A stretch of 64,000 nt of DNA. Source: Rhizaria sp. SCN 62-66. Its lineage: Eukaryota. Of this stretch, positions 10,472-23,400 are shown one piece after another; the first letter of the stretch is position 1, and each line of letters opens with the position of its first letter. The position numbers and the translations under genes are program-made. The stretch is from assembly GCA_001724265.1 (NCBI GenBank), contig MEDY01000002.1, positions 124,001 through 188,000 of the forward strand. The letters are read 5' to 3'. Under the pieces are notes generated by a model, which searched no databases, was not told the origin of the DNA, and saw nothing but the letters and a program-made list of their open reading frames with translations.

Positions 10472-13400
10472 GTCACGCTCACTGGGCGCGTTGTTGTTGT
10501 TCGTGTTGTTCGTGGGCGTAGCAGCGGCGTAACGATCGAACGAGAACGACGTCCCCTCCTTCCAGTCAGGAGCAACGACCGGGGCAGCGCCAGCAGCAAC
10601 AACGTTGGCGTTATTGTCAATGTTGTTCTCAGTAGGAGTGTCGTTGAGCTGCTGCTGATTGGGGAATATAGACAAATAGTCGTAACCATTGGCATCGTCG
10701 ACATTTGCGTTGTACAGCGCAGAAATGCCACTTGTGACGGCAGCGTTGGTGTTGATCTTGTCCTCGTTCACAGCGTTGACGTTCTGGGTGTTCGCGTTGT
10801 TGTAGTAATCATCGTCGTCGTCAACGTACCCGCCAGGGCCAACAACACCGGCATTGACATTAACGCCGTCATCAGCGTTATCCTGAGCAGCAACAGCAGC
10901 GACAGCAGCGGGAGTCACATCGGTGTTGTCGGCAGCAGCATTTGCGTGAAAATACGTGGTGATGGGAGGTGCACTGAGCAGACTTGCATAGTAGCCACCG
11001 TCGTCATCATCATTCGTGGGGTCGGCGGCGGCGGCAGCGCCAGCGCCATGACTGTTGTTGTTCTCGTCATCATAGCCTTCGCTGGCAGCCCCAGCCTCGG
11101 CAGCCTTGTTGGTGTCGTCGAGCTCAATCTCGATATCAGCACTGTCATTGTGGTGGTTATTGCCGATAAGACTCTCGACAGCATCCTCAGCATCATCGGC
11201 CTTCATAACAGAGGCCTTCGCGTTGTTATCAGCGTAGCTCGGCAGGATACTCGGGTCAATGTCCGTCGCTGCAGCCACGGCCTCAGCCGTCACTGCGTAC
11301 ATGTTGGCCTTCGCAGCGATGCGCGCAGACAGGGAAAGCGGGTTCGTGCGAGAGTCGTCAAACTCGGCATCGTTCTCATGCTCAGGAACAGTGCCAGCAA
11401 CCGCACCAGTGGCAGCCTCGGGAACAACATCGAAATCAGCGATGTTCACAGCGTTTTCATGAGCGCTGCCCTGTTGCTGACCCAAGTGGAGAGCGTTGTA
11501 CGTCGCTGCAGCGTCACACTCCTCACCGCCGCCACCAATGCGCTTAGATTGCGCGTTAGAGGCACAGTTTTGCTCGGGCTATTCAGGTCCGTACACGTCC
11601 AAGTACGCCTGCATAACAGCGTGATGCGTTGCCTTCATCACGTGCTCAATCCGCGCACGCTTCGCCGCATCAGCGCCTTGAGGCTTGGCCGCATCCGCGT
11701 TGTCAGCAGCACCAGTCCTCGCCTCAGTGGCTGGAGCGGCAGCAACGTTATCAGCGTTGCCAGTGATGTTGGCGCTGATGTCGACAGTGCTCTCACCATA
11801 GTTCGAGTTTCGACTCTCCTCAGCGTCGGCATCGGCATCGGCCTCGGTCACAGTTGCACTCGCGGTCGCAGCTGCAGTGACTGGCACAGGCGCAGCGCCC
11901 TCAAAGCTCAGGTTCACATCGTTGTTGTTGTTGTTGTTGTTGTTGTTGACATGCACACCCGGTGCAGTGTTCTTGCTGGCTAGGTCACTGTTCATGGGAG
12001 ACGGGGTCTTGTTCGGCATCCGCACAGGCAACGCACTGACACCAGCGGCGTTGTTGCTGGCGACAAAGTCGTCGTCGTTGGCACCGACATCGACGTTGTT
12101 CATCGCAACATTGCCGGTGATTGGCACTGCGGGGGGAGCAGCGAACGAGTCGGCGTCAACAAAACCGACTGAATACGAGTTATTCGCAACGTTTACAGCG
12201 TTGAAACCCCCATGGTTCGAATTCGCCGCTGCGGAAGCGGGGACATGAGCAGGGACAGCAGCAGCAGAAGCAGAAGCAGAAGCAGGGGCAGAGATCAAGA
12301 CGGGCTCAGGAGCAGGAGTGGCAGCCGCAGTCATCAGCGTTGCGATGGGACTGCTGGTGTCGCCAGCCCCCTTACCAAGTTCTAAGTACCCCTTACCTGC
12401 ATCTAAGTGTTCGTCATCGTCGTCATGACGCCCGTCGTGGACGCAAGCAGTGATCGGGGACGGTGACGGCGACGGCACGGCGGAGACACCCTTAGACTTC
12501 TCGCCATCATCCTTAGAGCTGGACGGTTGTTGCTGCTCGACAACACCCTTGGATTGGGTGAGGGTCTGCGTGGGGTTCCGGCTGATGCTCACAGTCACCT
12601 CCCCGGTCCCGGGGACGATCGCGGCGCTCACAGTCGCTGCAGGCACCGGGACAGGCGCAGGGACCGGAGCCGACACCGGCACAGCGTTGCAGTACTGTTG
12701 CATAGAAGCGTTAGTCGCGAAGTTGTTGTTGACAGTCAGCGCAGTGTTGCTCACAGTCACCTGATTACCAACGACGCTCGGCACTGGCTGTTGTTGTTGC
12801 TGCTGTAGTTGTTGGAGTGCTTGTTGTGCAACGGCAGAGTGCGGTGGCAGCGTCATCGCGCCGTAAGTCAAGCCGCCGTCCTGTCCGAAATTCAAGCCAC
12901 CCGCGGGCCGCGCCGCGCGAGGCGGGCTCTGGGGCGGCTGCAGCGGGGCGGGGGGCGCGACGGGCAGCCCGCCGCTGTAGCCGTGCCCAGGGTGACCGTG
13001 GGCAGGCGCGGGGGCGAGGAATGACACAGGGTAGTATTGCTGCTGTTGCTGCTGCTGATGCTGATGCTGTTGCTGACGATGCTGAAGCTACAGTTGCTGT
13101 TGTTGAGGATAGTGAGGCTGTTGTTGCTGCAGGTAAGGACCTTGTTGCTGAGCGTAAGGGTACTGCTGTTGTTGGTACTGTTGCTGTTGAAAATAACCCT
13201 GAGCATTGTACGGAAGATTGTTGTTATTGTTGGGAGGCACCGCGTTTTGCACTGTTTGGTTCACAATGGCGGCAAACCACCCCGCGGGCACAGCCAGCCT
13301 TCCTTCACTGCACATATCCCCCGCGTGCCCCGAGGCGTTCGCAGCGGCAGTGGCCGCGGCGTTCGCAGCGGCAGTGGTCGCGGCGGTGTGGCTCACGACG

Positions 13401-16400
13401 CCGCCGTTCATCGGCGCTGCCATCAGCACGGACCGTGCCAATCCCTCCGCCGCCTCGGCCTTGGCGGCCGCCAGCGCGGGCCCGCGGATCGCGGCCGCTG
13501 CCACGCGCGCGTCCGCTGCCACCGCCGCAGCGGCGATGGTCGACAGCGCGGGCGCGAGCGTGTAGCGCGACGACGACAGCGCGGCGGCCTGGCTGTGCGC
13601 GGACACGAGGTAGTCGGGCGTGGTCGCGGCGGTCACTGCCATGGTGGCAGACGCTTTGTTCGTACCCGCAGCGTTGCTGGAGTTCGCCGCAGCGCCGCTC
13701 TCGCTGGAGAAGGGTGCACGGGGTGGCGGTGTTGAAGGCGGGAAAAACGCCCCCGCAGCAGCGGCAGCAGCAGCATCGACGGTCTTAGCATTGTGAGTGC
13801 TGTGAGCGTTCGCGTTAGTGTTGGCGTTCGTGGTTCTAGAGAGTAGAGGTGACGTGAGCACGACAGCGGCGACCGCATCATCCATCCTGCTCGCAGGCGG
13901 CGGCTTAACTTCCGCAGCGGGCGGCGTGACTTCGTCGACGCTAAAGTCGGTCTCAGCGCTCGCGCTGGTATCAGCGTCGAACACAGAGCGCAGCTGCTGC
14001 TGCGGTTGTTGCTGATGTTGCTTCTTCACAGCGCTGCGACTGTACCGCTGCAGCGAAGCCTGCGTGTGCGGATGCTGAGCACCAGTGACGGCGTTGCTTG
14101 CATCTGCGCCTGAGCCGTATAGAGGATGTTGCTGCGCGTATAAACTGTTGCGGTTCACTCCGGCAGCGACCAACGGCGGCACCGCAGTGTTCATCTGCGA
14201 CTGCAGCTGCTGCATCGCCTCGTTCAGCGCCGCCTGCAGCCGCTGCACCTTTTCCTCAGCGGCGCGCGCCCGCTCACTCGCCTTGCCGGCGGCCTCGTCG
14301 GCGGCGGCGCGCGCCTCGGCCCGGCCGTCCTCGCGCGCGCGCGTCACTTCGTTGCGGTGAGCCGCCTCAGTCGCCATCACGGCGCGCGCCGCCGCCGCGT
14401 CCGCGGTCGCAGTCGCGATCTCGGCCGCGGCCTTGACTTCGGCGGCAAACCGCGTCTTGAGTGGGGTAAGCTGTGCGCGCAGGTCGTCGACCTCGAGTTT
14501 GCTGTTCTCGAGCGCGGCGATGGCTTCCCGCACACGCCCGCGCTCGGCCGAGATGTCCTGCGACAACTCCGCGCACCGGTCCCCGAGCGACTTGACCTCC
14601 AGCAGCAGCCCGTCGCGCTGAGCCAGCACCTGGGCCAGCTCCCGGCTCGCCACGCCTGCCCGCGCGCGCGCCTCCGCGGCCTCGATCTCGGCCTCGGCAC
14701 GGCCACCGGCGCGGGCATCAGACACCGCGGCCGCCAGCGCGGCGCGCTCGTTCGCCAGCGTCGCCCGCTCTTGCTCAAGCACCGCGCGCGTCTTCTCGAG
14801 CGCGATTTTTTCGGTCCTGAGCGCGCGTTCGGCTTCGTCGCTGCGCTGGCGCGCGTCTTCCTCGCGCCGCAGCGACGCGGCGCGCGCCTCGGAGAGCGAC
14901 GACCGCTCGAGAAAGCGCTCGTGCTCGTGCTGACGGCGCAGCTGCGCGAGCTCGTCCATGGACCGGTTGTGCGCCTCGCGCGCCTTGGTTAGCTCGGCGG
15001 CCTTGTCACTCTCGAGCTCGCGGCGGAGGTGCGCCAGCTGCTTGTTGAAATCGAGCCGCGCCTCGGCGGCGGCGGCGGCGAGCTTGGTGCGCTCGATGTT
15101 GGCCACGCGGGCCGCCACCTCTGCGTCGGCCTTGGCCGAGAGCTCGCGCTGAAGCCGCAGCAGACGCAGCTCAAAGTTGGCCCCCGTGTCGCTGTTGTCG
15201 CCGTCCGCGGCGGCCTTTTGCTGTTGCAGAGTCGCCTCCGCGCGCTCCGACAGCTGCCTCAGGCGGGTCTCGAGGGAGCCGGCGGGCGGCAAGAGGGTCA
15301 ATAAGTCGTCAGTGCTGGTAGAGACTGTCGTAGTGACTGTGGGGGCCGCGGGCTGCGCGGAGAAGCTCTTGCAAATGACCGTGAGCAGCGAACTGCCTGA
15401 ACTCTGCTGCTGCTGCTGCTGCTGCTGATGTTGCTGTTGCTGCTGAGAGGGACTTAGATTGCTCAGGATGAAAGACTGCGCGGGGGTAAGAACAGGCACG
15501 GCTTGCGAGCCGCCGACGTGGTCGGGATCTAAGTGTCCCGCCGCCGCGGCTGTAAGAGCCTCCTTAGACGCTGCGGAGGACGTAACTGGCACGATATCAA
15601 GCACTTTGACTATGTCGGTTTCAGACAGAGAGTGGGGGCCCAGCTCCTGAGTGCGGGACTCAGGGATGAACACAGAGAGCGCCTTCAAGTACCCCTTAGA
15701 CCGCAAATGGGCCGCGATAAGCGCATTCATCGCCCGGTCGCACAGAGGACTCTCGATAACCGTGCTGTTACTGCCGCTAGCGCCGCCGCCGACCATCGCG
15801 ACAGTGCCAGCGCCAGTGCTACAGCTGCCAGCGCCAGTGTTACTCAAAGCGGGGGCTGCGGTGCCAGATAGATGCGCGCGCGCCTGCTGCTGCTGATACT
15901 GCTGCTGGTAGTGTTCCTGCGTCGCGTTCACAGGCAGTGCGGCTGAGGTCGTTAACATCGGGTTCGCGGTGACGTGAGAGACAACTTTTTGCCGCAAATG
16001 GGCTGTGAGATCGTTCGAGTGGCCGGCGCTCTTCAACGCTGATAGAAGCGCGGTCGTCATCTCAGTCGCAGACATTGTCGCGGGAGCAGCAGCGGGAGCA
16101 GGCCGCGCGGCGCCAGTCGCAGGTCGAGCCGCAGCAGAGCCAGAGCCAGCGGACGAGGCTGCGTTTGCGCTCAAGCTAGCGCGAATGTTAGCCACGGCGG
16201 TCGGATTGGGACGGGGCCTGGCGGCGGAGGCAGAAGTCTGAGAAGACGCCAGTGGGGCGGATGGGTACGGAATCGGCAAGGGGAATGCGCCGGCCGCGCC
16301 AGGACCGGCGGCGGCGCCGGTGGGGAAAGCAGAGGCGCCGTGAGCTGCACTGGGGTTGCTCGAACCGCGTGAGGCCGCAGGAGAAGGGCCCGCTGGAAGC

Positions 16401-16414
16401 CACTGGTGCGACAT
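10013..16414 (-). CDS. OFD1: OFD1-like centriole/basal-body LisH coiled-coil protein. Single exon, 2133 aa if the in-frame TAGs at 13090-13088 and 11581-11579 are read through (1108 aa if TAG is a stop)
   Basis: Ordered OFD1-like blocks: LSALKSAGHSNDLTAHLRQKVVSHV, LisH AMNALIAAHLRSKGYLKALSVFIPES, SLETRLRQL, FELRLLRLQREL...EARLDFNKQL, then a long coiled coil. Track ORFs 13088-16414, 11579-13027 and 10013-11485 share one frame and are separated only by single TAGs. The frame ends in TAA at the switch to AT-rich DNA. Confidence 0.85.
11579..11581 (-). other. In-frame TAG, putatively recoded (context YGPE*PEQNC)
   Basis: CCT GAA TAG CCC GAG CAA gives the repeat PEQPEQ if TAG=Gln. The frame stays open for 521 more sense codons. 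Confidence 0.75.
13088..13090 (-). other. In-frame TAG, putatively recoded (context QQQQL*LQHRQQQHQHQQQ)
   Basis: TAG lies inside a CAG/CAA-rich tract, with no intron-like sequence around it. Confidence 0.75.
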
Positions 16415-17019
16415 AACAAGCCAGAGCTCTGTGTTCTAAAGTCTGTGATGTGGCGAAAGCCTACGGGGTGATTAGATCGCTCAGCCGATGTGACAACGAA
16501 GAGCTGAGGAGAAAGGCGCGAGTTGAAATAGAGCAGGTTCGGAACGCGCTCTGTAGAACGAGCAATGAGCAGACAGGCGCTAATACAACGCGGCACCGCT
16601 ACTTTTATAAGCCGATATTCGTGTTAGCAGGTCAAGATTTGAAAAGAAACCTTTCTGGTAGCAGGGGATAAGGAAATTGGCGGGGCAAAGGCGAGGTGAG
16701 CAGGGCCCAACGGTCACTTCAGCAGAAAGGGATATGTGACGAAGAACGATAAAGAGTGAGATGTAAAAAGAATTTTGAAAATAAGTGTGCAAGAAAACAT
16801 AGGTTGTGGCATCAGCACTCCAAAACAATGATCAGAAACGCCACACGTCGCGTTCTCAATTCAACTTTTCGAACTGGCTCTCGTCCGTGACTGGGCCAGC
16901 CCTTCACACAGCTGAACTGAAAATACCAGTATATCAAGTCGTATCGTGCCTACATCGAGCTATTTAAGATCAAAAATTGAATATAGCGTCTAACTAATGT
17001 ATTTTTGTTATATAACACG

Positions 17020-19290
17020 TTATTTTTTCTGCTGCTCGTCGTCGCTCTCCTCCTGCCCGACGATATTTCCCTTGTCGTCCACCAGCAGCCTCTTCCGCTG
17101 CTTCACTTGCTCCAAGAACATCCTATGCGCCTGCGCCCACACCCCTTGCCCCGACGCACTGCTCGCGGCGTTGGACAGCGCCGCGGAGACAGCGCCGCCG
17201 GGCACGCGGCCGACGATCCCGCCCGTTGCAGTGGAGTCAGCCTCAGCCTCCGCGTTATGCCCATCATCCATGTTGCTGCTCATGATGCGCGCAGTGCCAG
17301 TGTGAGCGTTGGCGTTTGACTGGGCGAGCGGAACGCTGGCGCCGCCGACAAAGGCGCGCTGCCACCACATAATCAGCCCCGGTGGCGGCACCTTGCTCAC
17401 GGTCACGACAACGGCACGCATACGGCCATTAGCCGACTGCGAGCCCTTCGAGAGTGACTCTGACTGTGAGGGCTGCTCAAGAGCGAAAGGCAGCGCTGCC
17501 AACGCAGTCTCAGCCTTCGCCACAGTAGCACTGTTGACCGCAGTGAGGCTAGCGTTCACAGTCGCAGTTGTGCTAGGTGTTGAGTCAGTCGTGGTGTTGT
17601 TCAGGTCAAGGTTAAAGTCCTCAAGAGTCCACGCATGATCAATATCGGCTGTCTTAAAGGTAGGTCGCAGTGCCGCGGCCGCAGCAGCAGCCGTGCCTGC
17701 AAGCGGGGCCGAAGAAGCAGCACTAAGTCCGTCTAAGGGGTTCGACGGCGCAAGTACCCCGGCGCCGCCCTCGGACTCGTTGCTAAGACCGTCCATCAGA
17801 GGGAAAAAACTGCTGACATCATCGCCACTGCCGTCAGCAGTCCCCTTGCATTTGCTAGTATTGCCGCCGTCCGTGTCAACAATGAACGGGTACGCAAAGT
17901 GCCCGCTAAACCACTCTAAGGGGGCGGCGGAGCTACTTAGACCGCCCGAACTTACACTTCCACTTCCACTGGCAGCAGCCGCAGCGGCAGCGGCAGCGGC
18001 AGAGGAAGCCTCCGGTTGCGCCATTTGCTGAAAGACCGACTGCGGTGGCGTCAGCGTGACCGTGAGCCGGCCGCTGCTCACGGTCACCTGCACATGCTTC
18101 GACTTGAGCCCACTCGGAACAGGAACGGTTACCGTGACGGAGTGGCGGTCCTGCTTCCATGCGTACGGGGAGCCCCTTACACTGTCTAAGTGGGCACTTG
18201 AACCACTCACAGAAGAAGAAGCAAAGCTCCCACCAACGGAGGCAGCAGCTGTCGAGGCCGCAATGTGCTCAGTGCCATCTAAGGGGCCATCTAGGAGGTT
18301 GCTACTGAGGTTCCAGTCGACGGCGCCGTTCGTAGCAGCAGCAGTCAGCGCAGCGGCTAAGTACCCCGCGGTGCTCACAGTCACTTGCTGCTCACGGCCA
18401 CTCGCAGGCGTGCTCGCGTCACTCATCACGACAGTGTTGCTCCGGGTGTCCGTGTTGTTGTCGCTCTGGCGCGCGGAAGCAAGTAAGTGAGTGAGTTCTT
18501 TGGTTAACACTTCGATACGGTCCTCCGCCTGACGCTTCTTCAACAGCACCATGGCGGCCGCAAGCTCGCCAAGGTCGATGTCGCGGTCTGCCATCTCTTC
18601 TTCGCTCATCCCGCCCAGCGCGGCGTGAGCGGACGAGAACGCGGCGGCGGAGGCAGAGGAGGCGCAAGCTGCGGCGAGGTTCTCGCGCTGAAACATAAAA
18701 CGCACGCAAAGTGACAAAAAACAAACGGCAGTAGAAATAGAACAACGAATAAGTGTGAACAATAATACATTTCAAGTTATGTTTAACTTCTGTTAAGAAC
18801 AACATTCATTTAAGAGAAACACAGTGCGTCTTATCTAGGATGAAAGACGTACCTCGCGAGCAAGTTCGGTCTCGATCTCAGAAACCGTGCGGGGCGGCCT
18901 TTCGGGCCCAGCGATGATAGGCAACGTCGTCATCGTCACACCAGATGTGGTTGTGTTAGCAGTGGATGAGGCAGCAGCGTGAAATGAAGACGGGAAAGGC
19001 TGTGCAGAGCCGCCGTAGTAAAACCGTTGCTGAACGCCTCCTGCGCTGCCCACAGTCGCGAAGGCGCCGTTGGCTGTCATAGCTGCGACCGCGCCTGGAG
19101 TGGTAAAGCACAGTTCTTCGTCATCTTCTCCAGTAGCTCCCTGTCGCGCAGCGCTAATACTGGAGTTTGTTGTGGCTTGCTGTGCGCGTGCTTGCGCAGG
19201 GAGGAAGTTCTGCGGGTCGAAATCGTCCATCGTGGGCCGCTCCTCCTCAGCATCATCCCGGACACTGGAGCGGGTATTATTAGAGGACAT
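17020..19290 (-). CDS. NudC-family-like CS (p23/HSP20-like) domain protein, 701 aa. Exons 19290-18853, 18687-17020
   Basis: CS motifs in order: YAWKQDRHSVTVTVPVPSGLKSKHVQVTVSSGRLTVTL, WFSGHFAYP, DHAWTLED, VVVTVSKV, WWQRAFVG. Phase-0 GTACGT...TTTCAG intron (18852-18688). TAA stop. Confidence 0.85.
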
Positions 19291-20440
19291 TATATCCTAC
19301 CTCTAAACAGTATCTAAACAAAAGTCGAACTCGCTGTTGTCGGAGTCTATATCGTTAGAGACAAGTCTCGGAATGTGTTGTCAGTCCAGCCAGGTTTGTG
19401 TGGTGACTGTGGGCGGCGAGCCATCGGTCCAGTTCTCACTCGCTGCTGGTCACAAATAGACAGCCGGAGAGCAGAAAGCCTGCTCGCTCGGCCACACGAG
19501 TCAGATCGAATACCGCCGTGTATTCACACTTCGGAAACAAAAAACTGTGTTCGCAAGATACAACGCAGTTAATTCAAAATCTTATTTCTGCGCTTTTTTT
19601 TACACACTTGAATTGAGAGCGATATCAACATTTCCGCGACGTTCTCGGCCCGGGCTGATTTTTAACCATAGGTTTCTCTGCGGCTGGTGGTCAGACTGGG
19701 GCACTAGGAGGTGGGAGAGAGCTAAGAGAGTTGGAAAAGCTGTGGGATGCAATCGGCGCGGTTTGCATCGACTTGTTTGTATGCTGTGTATTGTGTTTTG
19801 CGACTTAAACTGTTATTGTGGGGAATTTACGTCGTTATCTTTGTGGAAATAACTTATTTGACTCGGTTTTACTGCGCAGTAATCGGCCACCTCTTGCTAA
19901 AGTTGGGCTTATCGACCATCAACAACTTCCTCAACCCTCCCTTCTTCCTTCTTGATTTCTGGGTCCCCGTAGCCTTTGGCATTGCTCTAACCAGGGTCTT
20001 CTTCTGTTGACTCTTGGAATATTACCTCCCGCAACCTCTTCCGGCTCATTCACAGGGCTCCGGCCCTTTTTGCGCCCGTTTCTTTCCTCTTCGCCCGCGG
20101 TCGCCCTTTCGACGACCTGGCCCAGCACACCGTCTCGCCCCGCCCCGGCCGCGACAGCGTCGCTTCCCCTCGTCCTGTGCGCGCGCCCCCGCGTCTGCTC
20201 CCTGCCTTCTACAGCTTCTGCACGTGCTCCCGTGTCGTCTCTTCCTACTCCGGGCTCGCAGCATTTAGTCTTAACTCTAGGCTTGAGGAGTCGTCGAAAG
20301 CCAGCCTCTGCTGCATCTCCCTCGACCTCACGCTCTCGCGCCCGCGTGCTTGCCTGCCTCCGCCTGCCACCACTCCGTCGTGCTAAAACACACCTTGTTC
20401 GTTCTTCGCGACTTCTTGTGTGCCGTTTTCGCGGACGGAA
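19291..20440. promoter_or_regulatory. Intergenic region and 5' leaders between divergent genes
   Basis: 1150 bp between head-to-head ATGs at 19290 (-) and 20441 (+). Pyrimidine-rich leader before 20441. Confidence 0.4.
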
Positions 20441-23400
20441 ATGGGTTGTATCCAATCGAAAGAGGATGGCAACGCTCCGACCCGCCGCCGCCCCCAGTCG
20501 AACACCGCTGGCGACGCTCCCGGTGACGGTGACGGCAACACGCAGCACGGCTTGGCCCCCAACTCACCCAGACACGCGGGTGACACCGCAGGTGACGCCG
20601 CTGCCGCGCGCTACAAGGTCTCCGCCCCTGGTGCGGGGAACGGTGCGAATGACGGTGTTGATGTTGAGGCAGAGGCAGCTGATGTTGTGACGTCGCTGTC
20701 GCCCGCGAACCACAGCCACAGCGGCAAAGACGGTTCTGCTGGCGGCGGTGGCACGGACGTTGTGCTCATGGCTGACGGCGACGGCGACAAAGCTGCTGCC
20801 GGTGCAGAGCTGACTGACCGGACACACAAGCAACGCGTCAGCACGAGTACTGGCGTGGGGTCTGCTGCGACTGCTGCTCACGGCTACGGCCACGGGCGCA
20901 CCCAGCTACCTGGCCAAGCCGACGACGACGATGACGGTGACGACTACAACGCGAACAAAGCTCTCAACACGAGCGCTGCTCTCGCAAACAACAACAGCAC
21001 CAACAACATGCCACCGGCGGGGGGTTCCCCAGGACACAGCAGTCACGCCTTAGCCTCTGGCTCCGCTGCGGGCGGCGCGGGCACGAACCGCACGCACACG
21101 AACTCAAGCAACAACAACAGCAACAGCAACAACGCCAACAACGCGAATGCTGCTGGGGCTTCGCCTGTCGCCGCCGGTGGCCAAACGCCTAACCAAAGCA
21201 ACACCAGCAGCCAGCGCCACTTAGCGAACAACAACACCAACGCCAACGCTGCTGCTGCTGGTGCCGCGAACCCCGCCGCTGTGGTCGCGGCCGCCGCGGT
21301 GGGCAACACGCCCCGCGGCCCTGTCACGGCCTCTGCACTGGCGCTGGGCAAAGCCGCGTATAACCCGGCCCCCGTGCCGCACCTCGTCGACCCCCACACT
21401 GCCGCCGGGCTTGACGGCGCGCATGGGCCCGTGTTTGACAGCAACGGCTTCATCATCGGATACAACCCGCCCGTGGGCGACGCGGCCGCGGTGGCTGAGG
21501 ACATTGCCGCCCGGTACATGTCGTTCCTGAAGCAGTCCCGCCGCAACCTCATCTCCCCCAACGGCGACGGCGAGCATAACAACGGCGACAACGGCCACGG
21601 CAACAACGACGATGACGACGACGATGATGACGACGATGACGTGCTCAGCGGTCTCATTGTCGCTGCCCCCTCGGCCATCCTCCCGCTCAAATCCGCCGCC
21701 GCCGCGCTCGCGTTCGCCGCCAACAGCAACAACCCAGCGTACGCACAGTACCGCAACAGCTTCGTCGCGGCCGCCGCGCGTATGTCGATCGCGGCCCCGG
21801 CCTCGGAGGCCTACCGCATCCCCTCCGAGGCCGCCGGTGACCCCCACACGATGCTGCTCGCCGCGGTCCATGCCGCCGCCGCCGCCCGTCGCGCGCGGCC
21901 CGACCTGGACCGGCTGCCTGCGTTCCGCGGCGAGGCGCTCGACGCGCGCGGCTACCCGGCGGGGCAGACCGAGGCCCCGCGGCCCACGTGTGAGGTCGCG
22001 CTGGCGGCCCGCATCCGCGTGCTGTTCCAGTCGCACTCGCGCAAGGTCGCGCGCGCCGTCGCGGCGGCCACGGCGGCCACGGGCGCGGCGGGGGCCGCGG
22101 GTGCTGTCGTCGCCGCGGCTGCTGTAGCTGCGGCGGAGCGGATGGCGCCGCATCTGCTGTGCTGCGGGCAGACGGACGCCGAGGTCGAGGCCGGGGTGTG
22201 TCCGTGTGTCGGCAAGTGTGAGCAATGCACTGGCGCGGGCGGTGTTGTGTGTTCCCGTCCCCCCGCGTCCGTGGTTTCGGTCAACAACGTCACACTTACG
22301 ACCACGACCTCTGGTAGCAACAATAACAACAACAACAACAACAACAGCAACAGCGGTGACAACAGCAACAGCAACGAGGACGAGGACGAGGACGACGACG
22401 AAGAGGAAGAGGAGACCGACGGCAGCGTCGTCTCCAAGCGCTTCGCCGCCGCCGCCGCCGCGCTAGTGACCAAGGGCCTTCACGGCCAGCTCGTCACGTA
22501 TCGCATGCTCGAGACACTCGGTCTGACGCCTGTGGCGCCCGTGTTGTTGTCGTCGATCCAGACAACGAACAACATCAACGGCGCCGCTCTGCTCCTGCAG
22601 CAGCAGCAGCAGGTGACGGCGAGCCCCAGCCCCGCCAGCGGTGCGCATGGCCACTTTGCCGCCCAGCAGCAGCTGCACATGCAGCCCCGTCCGCTGCCGC
22701 CGCCGCCCTCGCCTCCTCAAGCCACCGCCACTATCACCTCAACTGCGGCAGCGGCTGCGGCTGCGCCTGGGAAGAAGATGCATAGCGCGAGCAGCAAGCA
22801 AGAGTGCCGCCGCGCCGCCGGCGACCGCCGCAGCTCCAGCTCCAGCGACAATGGCGGCGGCAGCGGCATCGGCGCTCTGTGGGACGACCATGACGACGAT
22901 GATATTTTGCTCGCGGCTGAGCTCCAGTCGTCGCCGTCACGGCACATCGTCGTCGCCGCCGCCGACGGACAGCAGCTGCTCTCCCCGCATCAGCAGGGCC
23001 AGGGCCAGGCGCTGTCGGCGCTGCAGGGCAGCAAGAGCGGCGACGCTGCACTGCTCAACCAGTCATTCTTCGGTCCCGGCGCCGGTGCGTGCGGTGCGCC
23101 GTCGACACAACCGGCGTCGGCGGTGAGCTCGAGCCGGTACATGCACAACAACACCATCAACACGGGCAGCCAGCACGGCGGCTACAACAACAACACCGCC
23201 GGCACCAGCCCGAACATCGCAGACACGAGCAGCAGTCGCTGCAGCAGTAGTAACATCAACGCCATCAGTCTCCCCAGCGTCAGCATCCCGAACCTCGGCA
23301 TGAACAACAGCAACAACAACAGCAGCAACAACAACACTAATAACTGCATGGCGGTGGTTGGCGTCACGACCCCGGCCTCTCAGCTGCACCACCTCCCCTC

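Noticed and set aside
10013-13027. Treating ORFs 10013-11485, 11579-13027, 29822-30685 and 38415-40784 as separate genes
   Set aside because: Each shares a frame with its neighbour and is separated only by TAG. There is no AT-rich intergenic DNA between them, and three of the four track starts are non-ATG.
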